A stretch of DNA of 64,000 nt from Mobula hypostoma. Lineage: Eukaryota. The translations under genes were made by a program, and so were the position numbers. The stretch lies in contig NC_086097.1 in assembly GCF_963921235.1 (NCBI RefSeq), forward strand, positions 212,042,001-212,106,000. The letters run 5' to 3'. The notes under the pieces are model-generated. The model saw only the letters and a list, made by a program, of their open reading frames with translations, was not told the origin of the DNA and ran no database searches. Of this stretch, positions 12,761 through 26,500 are shown in pieces; within the stretch, counting starts at the first letter, position 1, and each line of letters starts with the position of its first letter.

Positions 12761-14510
12761 ATGCAAGTTCAATTATATAATGTAAAAAATTATACCCTAC
12801 CATCAGTCTTGTACAATACTCAGAATGACTTGCTACCCTGATAAACCCCCATTATGCCTATATTCTGATCGTTTGCCACCCAATTTTCTATGCACACCTG
12901 TGTTTATCTCCTACACTGAGTTTTTATTTTCACCAATAATCTTTATGACACCTCATCAGGTGGTATCTGGAAATCTAGTTATTGTAGCTTTCTTGTTTCT
13001 CTTGCACCCTCAGCATGTTAGTTCTTCAAAGAACTTCCAAAAAATTGGCCACAAACTGCCCTCTTTAATAACAACTTCTGTATTTAAACTTGTATCTTTG
13101 TCTCCTCATTTTATTTGTTGCGGCAGAAATGGTTGGTTTCTGAATCCCCTTTATATTTTGAAAAATCTTAAGTTCCCATGGTTTTACAAACTTTTTAAAA
13201 TTTCTTAATTAAGGAATCATGTTGTGATGATTTCATTAATCTGTCTGTGGTTATTCAGGATTGCACAAATGCTGGAAAAGTTTCCAGTAATGAGTCTCAG
13301 AACCTTTCCAAATAGCCATTACTCATAGGAAAACTGAAATATTTCTGGGGAAAATGGATGCCAAATGACGACAGAATTAACCTAGTGAGTGTCCACATTG
13401 TACATTTCAACTGCAGTTTACTGAAATATAATCAGAAAAATACCTGGCTAATCCTCTGACATTCCAAAACCCCGGATGAGAAGTTATTTCCCAACGGAGA
13501 TCAGAAACCGAGGTTCATATTTTTTTGGACTGCATTGTTCAAGCACAGTAGCAAAAATTAAATATTCCTGTGCATATATTGATACTGTTTATTAACAAAT
13601 GAATATGTTTTTTTTTGTTAGGCAGATGATGAAATACTAGTTTGCCAAATACGTAATTGTGAATTTGCATCACTTTTCCCCAAGTAGCTTGCAGTTATAA
13701 AATCAGAATGAAAGTGTGAGGAGTAGAGATTGTATAGATATGTAATGTCTGCATGGTACAGTAGATTTGGCAAAAGGCACAACATATCTGGCCTGGCCTG
13801 CTCTCTGTAACCAAGCACAATTGCGCACATCACCTTGGGAAGGAGGAGAATAGAACTTCTTCAAACAGAAGTTTTAGCTAAAGCCTGTCTCCATAATAAC
13901 TGTTTCCAATTGTAGTAATCTCTGTCCAAATTACTTATCAAAAGTAAACAGGACTTTTCTTTCAGTAAAAGTAAAAAGATAACACATAATTAGAAGGCTG
14001 GTAAACTTTCATTGGATTGATTGTTGTTTGCTTGTGGATTTTCAAGCAATTAAGTGGTTGGCAAGCCATAGAAGTTAGAGACCACTTTATTCACAAAGCT
14101 TATTCAAAATTCTGTGGATGGTTGATTGTAATGGCAAATCCTAGCACTTGTACAATATTCAAGATCATTGCAGTGTCATACTTTATTCCAGTTTGGTTAG
14201 ATTAATGTTTTTTGTTTTGCTACTGACATTGTACTGAAGATAAATAACAATTACATCCCTACGTTTGTTCAAATTCCCCATTAAGTGTACAAGAATCAAG
14301 AGCATGACCAAAGATAAATATTTTAAGAATCCCTTGAATCAAGAAAACCTTTAATATTTTAGAGGCTGTTTCTTCAGTATTTTAAAGTGTGTCTTTGTAT
14401 ATATATTTTTTTATAAAGGAACAATTTCTAAATATTTTAAATCTGAAGGTTGTCTGCTGAACTAAAGAATTTCTTTTCTCCTTAAGGCTTTTTTCCCCAT
14501 TTGAACAAAC

Positions 14511-14561
14511 ATGTCTTTGTATCCATCCTTAGAAGACCTTAAAGTAGACAAGGTGATCCAG
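14511..14561 (+). CDS. SDCBP: SDCBP coding exon 1 (exon 2; exon starts at 14487)
   Basis: [17 protein letters not shown]; acceptor ttttctccttaag ends at 14486, donor gtaagt at 14562. Confidence 0.95.
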
Positions 14562-17500
14562 GTAAGTGCTAAAGGAAGTATTCAGTATTTGCCCATTTAT
14601 GATTCTGTTGTTATGCATCAAAACAATGTAATGAAACTGATGGTACAGATCTTAATGGAGGAGCAAAGGGGGCAATGAGCACAGGCTCCAGTGACATCAG
14701 TTGAGTTCTTTAGTCCTATTGATCTCTACTGAATTCTTACTCAAATTTCATTTCATAGGGCCATAGTAAAGTGAGAACCAGATCTGAATGTGATCATTCC
14801 AACTGATTTTTGCTCTAAATGTTTCTGTAATATTTTCCAAGTCTTACACACATTCATTACCTACTGCACTGATATGTTAAGTCAGAAGCTCTCCTAATGA
14901 TTTTAATACTTTGCTTTTGAAAGTTAATAGATCTAGAAATTGTGGTTTAAATAACTACTTATGAACAGTAATATCTCCTGGATTTTGGTAAACGATGACA
15001 AACTGTCCTAATTTGGCAGCTGTTTTTTTTTCTTGCTAGGTCTCGACTTGGTTGCCCTTTTTTCATATTGCCTGGATAACCTTGCAGTTGTATAACCAGA
15101 AATACGCAGTATTCAAACAACAGTATCAAGATATTGTACAAAATAATTTCAAGAGTCAGGTGCAATATTATGTTCAGTTCAATTCCTTTCCTCCTATTTC
15201 AGTGGGCAATTTATAGCTGCTGTCCCAAAATCTGATCTGTAGATTAGAATAAAAGCCCATTCCTGTGCTAGAAAATAAATCTCAAGGTTGTATATAGTAT
15301 ACAAACTTGGATAATAAATTTAATTTGAAATTTGGAGCTCTTTATTATTTGTTGCTTTAGCTACTTTTCACTTCTCTGAATTTTGTTTCCTGTATCCTGC
15401 CATCTTGAGTTTTGGAATTTAATTGGTTAAACTGACATGTCTGGCTGAATTCTGCACCCAGGCTCTTCCCAGGTTGAAGCTGATACTGCGATGATTTCAA
15501 TCCTTGCAAACATAAATTCCCCACAAATACAAGTAAACTCTTCTTGCTTGTGGATGGACATCTCCTTTGTTTCAAATGAATTATCTAAGATTGTGGTCTA
15601 GGACAACTGCAGTCTAGTTAAGTCTCATGGTTAAATTACCTTAGTATAAAAGATTCCCTGAACTTATTCAAGGATATTTTGGTACCCATCAATTTATCAT
15701 CCAACTCAATAAAGTGATTTCGTTATTGCAGAAGTAATTCAGAGGCCTGCTCCAAAAATCCAGATATGTGAATTTAAATCTCACCACAACATATGGGACA
15801 AACATATGTTTTCTCCCCCAGTGCTAATCTCAGTAGGGATCTCCTTCAGAGTACTGGATTCTTCATATTAATGTTCTTCATGAAGTTGTGTTCAAAGTAC
15901 TGTTTTACTTTTCCTACTCCACAGCCATTAGCAATGTGTTTAATTCTTAATGACCCTCTGAATAGCTTAATAAGCTATTCTTATATTTAAAGTAAGAATA
16001 AGTGTAGAACTTTGAAACAGTCCACCCAGCTTTATATTTACTAACTGTTTTTCTATCACTTGCAGTCATGATCAAATTGCTCTGAGTCCATGTATCCTTG
16101 CAAAGTGAGAATCAGCCTGCACAAATGTCCTTGACAAAATGAAATCCTTAGAATGTCTAGTACCTCCACTATTAACATAATGGAGTGAGGTGGTCACAAT
16201 TGACTGGAGATTAGTTCGAACAGGCTTGTAAGTAAAATGGGTACAAGTGGAAGTAAGAGGCTGGATATCTTGATGCGAGTAACTTGATGCCTAATTCACC
16301 GTAGTCCTCATAGACTTGCCCTCATCTATCTGACACAGGTCAGGAGAGTAATGGAATGCTCTGTTCTTGACTAGATGAATATAGTTCCAGCAACTCTTAA
16401 GGTCCAGCTCCATCAAAAACAAAGCAACGTATGTGTTGCTTGGATTTCCAGTATCTGCAGATTTTCTCTTGTTTTTGCAAGAACAAAGCAGCTAATTTGA
16501 CTGATAATCCACCCGTCATCATAAACATTAACTCTATGATGATTAACCAGACCATCATCAACAAAATCTGCTGCCGTTTCCTAGGCAATACAAGATTCAC
16601 CTCTGATACCCATGACCTCCAGCACCAAAAGGAACAAGGAGAGCATGTGCATGGAAGCATCACTTGATACTTTCCATCTAAATCACACGTGATCCTGACT
16701 TGGAGTTGTATTGCCCCTTATTCATTAGAGTCTAATTAAGGAACTGCTCATTCGACACAGTACTGTTTCAGGAAGCTCTAGCATCTCAAAGGTAATTATA
16801 GTTGGACAATAGATACTACCTCTAGTAGTGTTGCCAGCCTACAATGAAATGAATTGAAGTAGTTTTTAACCTTATTTTCTCCAAAAGTACATAACTAGCT
16901 TTGAGACTTGAGTCATGAAGGATATTATGTATATTATGTTTCACATTCCCCTCACTATTCTTTACTTTTTACCCATTCTTTTTTCTTTAGCACTCAATAG
17001 AAACATTTAGTTATGCAAAAAATAATGTTGAATTACTAATGGCAAAAAGTTAACATGTTTTTCAGGCTCAGTCTTCATATGTGGCAAATACTGGAAATCT
17101 TGCAATCTTGCCTGAGACTGCAACCTCTGCACCATCAGATGGAGGTAAGTTGATGGTGGTGGGGATGAAAGTTTATAATGTGGCACTACTATTATAAATT
17201 TGGCTGTTTATAAGACAGAAGTCTTGTGCCATGTAATGGCATAATTTGCGTTAACTATTGTACTCCCTTGCATTGCTCCTCATGTTGCGTCATAGCCTTA
17301 GATTTCAGTTCTGAAAAGTGAATCTAGTTAAGGAATTGTGGAAGTTCAAATTTTCTTTTGGGGGCAAATATTCTACTTCCTTTCTAAATAACTTTTTTTG
17401 TTTTTGTTTATGGAAGGGTTCCAAATTTTTCCCATTCCCAAGAAGTAGAAGTGTTTCCTAACTTCATTTCTGAAAGACCTGATTCTCTTTTTTGGTTATG

Positions 17501-20500
17501 TCCTGGCATGAATTGATTAAATCATGGCATGGCTACTTAATGCCACTGTCAATATTGCTGTTTCATTCATCTTTTGTACATTTTTATGTTTTGGCAAATT
17601 TGGCTATGTGGCTTTGATTTCTTCCAACTCCAACCAATGTGTTATTTATAATTATGGTAAATGTTGATGACCTCAAGAAGAAATCCTTGCCAGAGCTTAC
17701 TAATCACATTCTGCAGATTTGATCATCTAGATCAAATTCTATCTCAGTGGTATGTTTTTACCAGGCCAATGAGATGTAAATAAATTTGCACAAAATTGTG
17801 GAAATTAGAGATCCAGAAAGATTGGTGCTGGGACAACCTTTGTTTGCTTTATGAATCTAATTAAATGAATTGGGTAGAGAAGGTGTCTCTGCTAAGGCTG
17901 AAACATCAGTAAGTTAAGCATTAGGAATGATTTATAGATTTGAAGAGTTGGGTATTCAAGCTTATTGTCATATTATGCATACATGGAGTATAAATTAGTT
18001 AATTGCATCAGCAAATGCTGAATCTGGAGATAAGAGCAGAATTAGGTCACTTGGCCCATTGAGTGTAATCTGCCATTCCATCACTGCTGATTTATTATCC
18101 CTCTCAACTCCATTCTTCTGCCTTCTCCCTGTAACATTTAATGTCCTGACTAAACAAGAACCTACCTCTGCTCGAAATATACTTAATGACTTGGCCTCCA
18201 CGAACGTCCATGGCAATGAATTCCACAGATTCGCCATCCTCTGGCTAACAAAATTCCTTCTCATCTCTGTTTTGAATGGACATCCCTCTATTCAAGGGGT
18301 TCCCAACCTTTTTTATGCCATGGACATCTACCACTAACTAAAGAGTTTGTGGACCCCGGGTTGGGACCCCCTGTTCTATTCTGAGGCCCTGCCCTCTTGT
18401 CTTAGACTCACCCACTGTAGGGAACATCCACCCTGTCTAGGCCTTTAACTATTCGATAGGTAGGTTTCAATGTAATCCCTCCTCATTCTTATAAATTCCA
18501 GCGAGTATGGGCCCAGAGCCATCAAACACTCATGTTAACCCTTTCATTCCTGGAATCATTCATTCTTGGGAACTTCCTCTGGCTCCTCCTCAATTCCAGT
18601 ACAAATTTTAGATAAGGGGTCCAAAACTGCTCCCTATACTCCAAGTGCAGTCTGACCAATGGCTTGTATATCCATGCTCTTATATTCCAGTCCTCTTGAA
18701 ATGAATGAGCTCTCTGTATTTCCACTTTTTTGCCTCCTGTCAGTCAGACGATCTTCTATCCAAGCTAGTACCTTTCCTGTAATATCATGGTTTTTTATTT
18801 TGTTAAGCAGCCTATGTGTGGCATCTTGTCAACGTCTTTTGGTTTGGATGCCCTTCATCCAGTTTGATTTCTTTTACACCATTCCAGTTTCAGTTTAATC
18901 AGTTTAGTTCATTGAACTCATTTATGTCCTTGATCACTAACATCCTGTTTGTTAGTTGTTTAGTCACGCACTGGCTATATTACGCCTACAAAATAATCAA
19001 CTTTTTATTTGAAAAGTGGTTTATTACGTGTTACTTTCTTCAACAAAATACAAACATTCCTCTAACATTAATCATAGTCAGCATGGTTTCTTCAAGGGAA
19101 AATCTTGCCTGACAAATCTGGTGGAAGTCTTTGAGCAAGTAACAAGCAGGATAGACAAAGGAGAATTGGTTGATGATGTGAACTTGGATTTTCAGAAAGC
19201 CTTTGACAAGGTGCCACACATGAGGCTGCTTAACAGACTATGAGCCCATGGTTACGGGAATGATTCTCGCATGGATAAGACTGTGGGTGATTGGCAGGGG
19301 GAAAAGAGTGTGAATAAAGGGAGCCGTTTCTGGCTGGCTGCAGGTGACTAGTGGTGTTCCACAGGGGTCTGTGTTTGGACCAATTCTTTTTGCATTACAT
19401 CTCACTGATTTGGATTATGGAATTGATCGTTTTGTTGCGAAGTTTACAGACGATAAAAAGATAGGTGGAGGGACAGGTAGTTTTGAGTATGTAGAGAGGC
19501 TACAGAAGGACTTGGATTAGGAGAATGGGTAAAGAACTGGCAGATGGAATACAGTGTCAGGAAGTGTATGGTTATGCACTTTGGTAGAAGAAATGAAAGG
19601 GTTGACTATTTTGAAAATGGAGAGAAAATACAAAAAAAAAACTGCAGCACAAAGAGACTTGGGAGTCCTTGTGCAGGATTCCCTAAAGATGAATTTGCAA
19701 GTTGAGTCTGTGGTCAGGAAGGCAAATGTAATGTTAGCATTCATTTCAAGAGGACTAGAATATGAAAGCAAAGATGTAATGTTAAGACTTCATAAAGCAC
19801 TGGTGAGGCATCACTTGGAGTATTGTGTGCAGTTTTAGGCCCCTTATCTTAGAAAGGATATGCTGAAACAGGAGAGGGCCCAAAGGAGGTTCACGAAAAT
19901 GATTCCAGTGTTGAATGTTTTGTCATATGAAAAGCATCCGATGGCTCTGGGCCTGTATTCGCTAGAATTCAAAAGAATGAGGGGTAATCTATCAAATGGT
20001 GAATGGTCACAATAGAGTGGATGTGGAGAGGATGTTTCCTGTGGTGGAAGAGTCTCAGACCAGAGGACACAGCCTCAGAATAGAGGGGCATCCTTTGAGA
20101 ATGGAGATGAGGAGGAGTTCCTTTAGCCAGAGAGTGGTCAATCTGTGGAATTGTTTGCCACAGGCACGTCTGTATGTATACTTAAGGCAGAGGTTGATAG
20201 ATTCTTGATTGGTCAGGATACGAAGGGATACAGGGAAAAGGCAGGAGATTGGAGCTGAGAGGAAAATTGGATCAGCCATGCTGAAATGGCAGAGCAGACT
20301 CAATGGGTCAAATGGCTTCTCTATCTTATGGTCTTATTTAAGTTTATTGAAAATTAATATTTGTAAATCTAAAATTTGTTCTTTTCTATTGACACAGTAA
20401 TGCAGAAGACAAAGTAAAAATTATATAAAAATGTAGGGTGTTTAAGGCTTTTGCACAGTACTGAACATTTGAATAAATTTTTGGTTAGCTTATTCTCATA

Positions 20501-23500
20501 TTTCATCTTTTCTCTCCTTATGGTTTTTTAGTTGCGTTCCGATGGTTTTTAAATCCCCTACCTTCACACTAATTTTTGCTATATTATATGCCTTGTTCTT
20601 GAATTTTATGCTGTCTTTGATTTCCCTTGTCTGTCGCTGTTGTCTTACCCTCCCTTTGGAATACTTCTTCATCTTTGGGGTGTATCTATCCTGTAGATAG
20701 ATTTCTGAATTGCCCCCAGAAAATCCAGCCATTGCTGCTTTGTCATCCCTGCTAGTGTCCTCTTCCATTTAACTTTGCCTGCTCCTCTCTCATGCCTCTG
20801 TAGTTCCCTTTACTCCACTGTAATACTGATACATGTGACTTTATTTTCTCTCTCTCAAACTGCAGGGTGAATTCTATCATATTATGATCATTTTCTCCCG
20901 AGGGTTCCTTTACCTAATCAAATCTGGTTAATTGCATAATACCAAATCTAGAACTGCTTTTCTCCTAGTGGGCTCAACCACCAGCTGCTCTAAAAAGCCA
21001 TCACATAGGCATTCTAGAAATTCTCTCTTGGGATCCAGCACCAACCTGATTTTCCCAATCTACCTGCGTATTGAAATCTCCCTTTACTATTGTAACATTG
21101 TCCTTATTACATGCCTTCTCAGTCTCCCTTGAAATTTATAATCCACACCCCGGCTATTGCTTAGGGGCCTGTATATAACTCCCATCAGGGTCTTTTTACA
21201 TTTGCAGTTTCTTAGTTCAGGATTCTACATCTCCCGATCCCATTTCACCTCGTCGTAACCATTTGATTTCGTTGCTTACCAGCAGAGCCACCTGACCTCC
21301 CTCTCCCCTCCCCCCCCCGCCTACCTGCTTGTCCTTTCAATACCAGGTGTATCCTAGTTTGTTAAGCTCCCAACTATGATATTCCTTCAACCACATCTGT
21401 GATGACACTGCCAATTTAGTTAAAACCCTTCCTAATAGCTCTTTTTTAAAAAAAAAACCTGCTTGGAAGGATATTGGTCGCCCTCGTGTTCAGGTCTAAC
21501 CCATCCTTGTACACGTCAAATTGTTTCCAGAAGAGATCCCTGTGCTCCAGAAATCTGAAACCCTGCACCACTCAATCATCTGTACCACCATTCTATTTCT
21601 GCCCTGACTGGCAAGTGATACTGGGAGTAATACAGAGATTATTACCTTAAAGGGCCTGCTCTTCAGGCTCTTCCCTATCTCCCTATACTCACTGCACAGG
21701 ACCTCTTCCCCCTTTCTACCTATGTCATTGATTCCAATGTGCATCTCAACCTTTGGTTGTTTACCTTCCCTCTTGTGAATCTTCCGCAGCTATTCTGAGA
21801 CATCCTGGACCCCAGTATCTGGGAGGCAACACACCTTCCTGGCTTCTCTTTTGCGATCACAGAATCCCCTAACAATCGAGTCTCCTATCACTACCGCCCT
21901 GCCTGACTTTATAATTCCCTGCTGAGCCACAGAGCTGGCCCCAGTGCCACTGGATTGGCCACTGCTGCTGCTGAGATGTGGGTCTTCAGGCTCCTGTACT
22001 ACTTGCCTAATGGCAACATGGAGATGAAGACGTGCTGCCTTCCTGTGACATCACCTCTTGTAGATGTCCTCTATGTTAGGGACTGGCCTAGTCCATCACT
22101 CTGTAGTTTCATGTTCCTGTGCGCTGGAGCTTCCATAACAGACCAAGAATAACCATTTGGAATGCCAGTACAGCTGTAGAAGTGTGTCCATCTTCAATGG
22201 CATGCTGAATATCCTTACTCTTCTGAGTAGAGATGGTATCATGCCTTCCTCTATATGCTGGGTCCAGGATAGATTTTCTGAGATACTGACAGCTAGGAAC
22301 TTGAAGTTGGTACACTTCCTTAGAGTACTGGTGCGTGTTCAGCTGACTTCCCTTTCAACCAGTTTCTTAGTTTTGCTGACATTGAGTGTAAGGTTATTGT
22401 TACAAAAGCACGCAAACCATCTGATCTATCTTCCTCCTGTATGCTCCCTTTTCTCAAACTTGTATTAATTTGTACTTAGACTGCTGTATGCATTGCTGGT
22501 TGCCAATTATTTAAGATGAGGCAGAATCGTGGAACCAGTTTTTCTGGTACTTTGCTCAATCTCTATCTCCAAATCTAATTTCTAAAACTGATTATCCACT
22601 CACTATTACATAACTATTTATGAACGTCTGCTGTTTTATTTCTGTTTTGATGCATGTCAAAGTAACTGTTTCAAAAAGTAATCCACTGGGTGCACTTTTA
22701 GTTTGTAATACAAGTAGGTTGTATTCTTAAATATTTTTAATAAATAATTTTACAGCCCTTTATCCCCGTTTGTATCCTGAATTGTCCCAGTATATGGGGC
22801 TGAATCTGAATGATGAAGAGATACAGAAGAACATGAGTCTGGTTGCAGCTTCAGATGTAAGTGATGATGTATTTCTTGGTCTCTATACTGTAAATCTGAG
22901 AAATTGATTTCCAGTTTTATCTCCAACGTAAGGCAGCATTTAAGTTTTAGCTAGAATGCTTGACCACATTAAAATCAGCAGATCAATTGTATTTTAAAAC
23001 AAGATTGTAATTTTTACATTAAAAAATGCTTTAATCTACACAGCAAACTGTTGCCAGACCATCTGGTGTAAATTACATGGTGGCACCAGTAACTGGAAAT
23101 GATGTGGGTCTTCGGAGAGCTGAACTGAAACAAGGTATTCGGGAATTAATTCTCTGTAAGGATCAGGATGGCAAGGTTGGCATTCGTCTTAAATCAATTG
23201 ACAATGTAAGTACCACTCATTTAATTTTAGTTATTAAGAGGTTTGCAGTTTGAGTTTGTTCTGGTAAACTTTGTACTTTAGATTCTTTGTACAGACACAC
23301 CCTGAGTTATGGCCATCTGGGTTGTACTGTTATGCTTGCAGAATTTGCAAAAGCTACCCAATAATGTAATAAAATTCATCTTTATCAAATCTATGGAACA
23401 ATAAATAAATTTTAAAAAAAAAGAAAGATTATGCTAAGTTTTATTTTTACCCACTTAGCACAGAGTGGCTTTTAAATTCTGAAATTATTCATCAGCTAAA

Positions 23501-26500
23501 ATATGACTTTCCCAGACCAGTAAAAGATTTTGTACCATACAAGTTAGAAAAAATATTTTGGCTATATTTGGAATAAGTTGGGTTGCTTTGTCATGAATGG
23601 TGTAGAACTTGAGTCTTGTTGGAGCTACACACAACTCCACTGACCTGGATGAAAGACTAGGGCGTTCTGTGAATGAACCACTTGTTACAAGATACTTGGT
23701 CTCTGACTTCACCTTGAAGCCATCATATTTATGTGGCCTTTTGGTGGTCAGAGGTGACTCTTCAGGATAGTATTGATAGAGGGCAGTGTTATTGAATATT
23801 AAAAGTAGTGCCAAATGTCTCGAGCTGGAGGCAGCCATTTTCTGCAATTTTACAGCATGAATATTGCATGATGTAATAAGTATGCCAGAACGTTGTCCAG
23901 ACTATTCTGCATGTAGTTAAGGATTATTTACTCAGGAGTGAACCCACAGACTCAGGCAGAATGTAAAAATTTCATGATAGCATCCTTGAAGATCAATCAG
24001 GTACCTGGAGCTATAAGACTTAAACTGCTGGCTATCAATAAAACACACTTGCAGTGAAGTAGCTAGCTGTGGAAATTATTATTTTTAAAGCTTAAACTTC
24101 ATATTTTTTCTAAATTTTGTTCTGCTAGATTGAAGTGGTGAATTTGCTTTGTGGTTCCCATAGATACTGCCTGGCCTACTGAATTCCTCCAGCACTTTGT
24201 GTGTTGTCCAGTCATCTTGTACCTTGGTGCCATTGTGTCAATACCTTGTTCTATCTAGGTAGCTTAATAGCCGCTGCATAACTGTCATCCATACTAAAAG
24301 AATTCATGTATGGGCAACTGCTCTTCAAAGATGAAAGGGATGGTGCTGTTATTTTCTTGATTTGTTGAAATCATTGCACCAGATTTGTAGGTTTGTATAT
24401 ATTGAATTAATCTAATATTCGTGACTTTGTACCTTGCCACACTCTTAATAGAGATTACTAGAAGTTATGGTATAATTGCAAGCCTATGGCACTTTTTTGT
24501 CAGAGAATTTGAGCATTCTTCCATGTATAACTGATTTATTTTTCCTCCCCTGCAGGGTATCTTTGTTCAACTTGTACAGGCCAATTCTCCAGCTTCTCTA
24601 GCTGGCTTGCGGTTTGGTGACCAGATTCTGCAGATAAATGGTGAGAATTGTGCAGGTTGGAGCAGTGACAAGAGTCATAAAGTGCTGAAACAAGCTTCTG
24701 ATCAAAAGATTAGTCTCATTGTTCGTGACAGGTAAAAACTGGGCTTTCAATTTTAAAATTAAATGGGAAATGAAAGTTGGTACTCAATGACAAATATTTA
24801 CATTTTTTTTACTGGTCACATGTTGAGTGTAAGTGTGAATTTAGCTATCACATATTTGTACCTGACATGTTGAGTGTAAGTGTGAATTTAGCTATCACAT
24901 ATTTGTACCTGAAATGTCAACTGTTTATTAATTTCCCTAAGATGCTGTCTGACCTATTCAGTTCCTCCAGCAGTTTGTGTGTGTTGCTTTGTTTATTTGG
25001 TGAAACCCAGCATGGTTTCCAGTTGTGTAACAAAAAATATATTTCTGATACGGGGGGTGTCCCTGTGCCATTTGTGAAGGCAGTCCGACAAACCAGGTTA
25101 ATGGAATTCACCAAAATGTTGAACTGAGTATGGATGTTGTTAATCCAGATGCAGAAAGTATTTGATAAAGTTGAAGCAGTGCAGTTTTAGAGTAGATTAT
25201 TGATCTGCCAAGAAAATAAGTGATGGGAGAGAAAAGGCCATTCAGCCTGATCAGATCTTGCCTGAAACCCAGTGGTCTGATCCCCATAACCCTCGATTTC
25301 CCTGTTATCTGAAAATCTGTCTTGGATCAGCATTAATTATTTGGGCTGGAGGTGAAATTCCAAAATATTCACATCTTGGATAAGAAATAGTTTATTAAAT
25401 TCAGATTAGCTTATTGTCATTTACATGGAGCTGCAATAAAATTCCTTGATCACACTAAGTTCAAAATTAGGCCATTTGGCTCATTGAGTCTGATCCACCA
25501 TTCCATCATGGCTAATTTATTAACCTTAATCCCATTCTCCTGCCTTCTCCTCATAACCTTTGACACCCTGACTAATCAAGAAGCTATCAATCTCCGCTTC
25601 AAATATAGCCAAGGACTTGGCCACCTCAGCTGTCTTTGGCAATAAATTTCAGATTCACTACTCTCTACCTAAAGAAACTCCTTCTCATTTTTGTTCCAAA
25701 TGGACGTCCCTCTATTCTTAAGCTGTGCCCTCTGATTCTTGACTCCCCCCACTATAGAAAATGTCCTCCCCACATTGACTCTATCTAGGCCTTTCAATAG
25801 TTGATAGGTTTCAGTGAGATTCCCCTCATTCTTCTAAACTCCAGTGAGTACAAGCCCAGAGTCATCAAATGATCCTCATGTTAATCCTACCGTTCCTGGA
25901 ATCACTCATGAACCTGCTCTGGATCCTCTTCAATGCCAGCATATCTTTTCTTAATAAGGGGCCCAAAACTATTCAAAGACAAATCCTTCATAAAGCCTCA
26001 GAATTTCATCCTTGCTGTTATATTCCATTCCTCTTGAAATGAATGCTAACATTGCATTTGCCTTCCTCACCACTGACTCAATTTTATATAATAAATACAG
26101 TGATGAGTACAGGGCCACAGAATGGTGCAAAGGTTGTAGTGCAAACTAAAGTATTGCAAAAAGAAATGCAGAAGTGACAATAGTGGAATAACCAAACTAT
26201 GTTTCAGTCGAAGCAAGCAGCTGAGAAGAAGGGTGTGAAGAAATCAGGTAGAAAAAGTTTTTTTTTTAAACCCTGCTTGGGGAGAAGGGTCTACACTGCA
26301 CAGGCGCGTGACGTGTGCTAAGGTTTAAAAAACAGACCACCATATACAGCGGCCATCGTCAGAGTGGACTGAGTCAGAGTGGGACGGCTTTGGCTCAACA
26401 GGCTTCGGCGAGGCTAGGGTAGGTTCTGGTAAGTTTCTTGTCCAGATTGTTTGGAGTAGAGAGAATGCCAGGCAGAATGTTGGAATGCTCCTCTTGCAGG

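Noticed and set aside
23485..23847. 120-aa ORF, and similar 60-140-aa ORFs in AT-rich introns
   Set aside because: No recognisable domains or splice-consistent exon structure; most other track ORFs are antisense or off-frame readings of CR1/PLE sequence.
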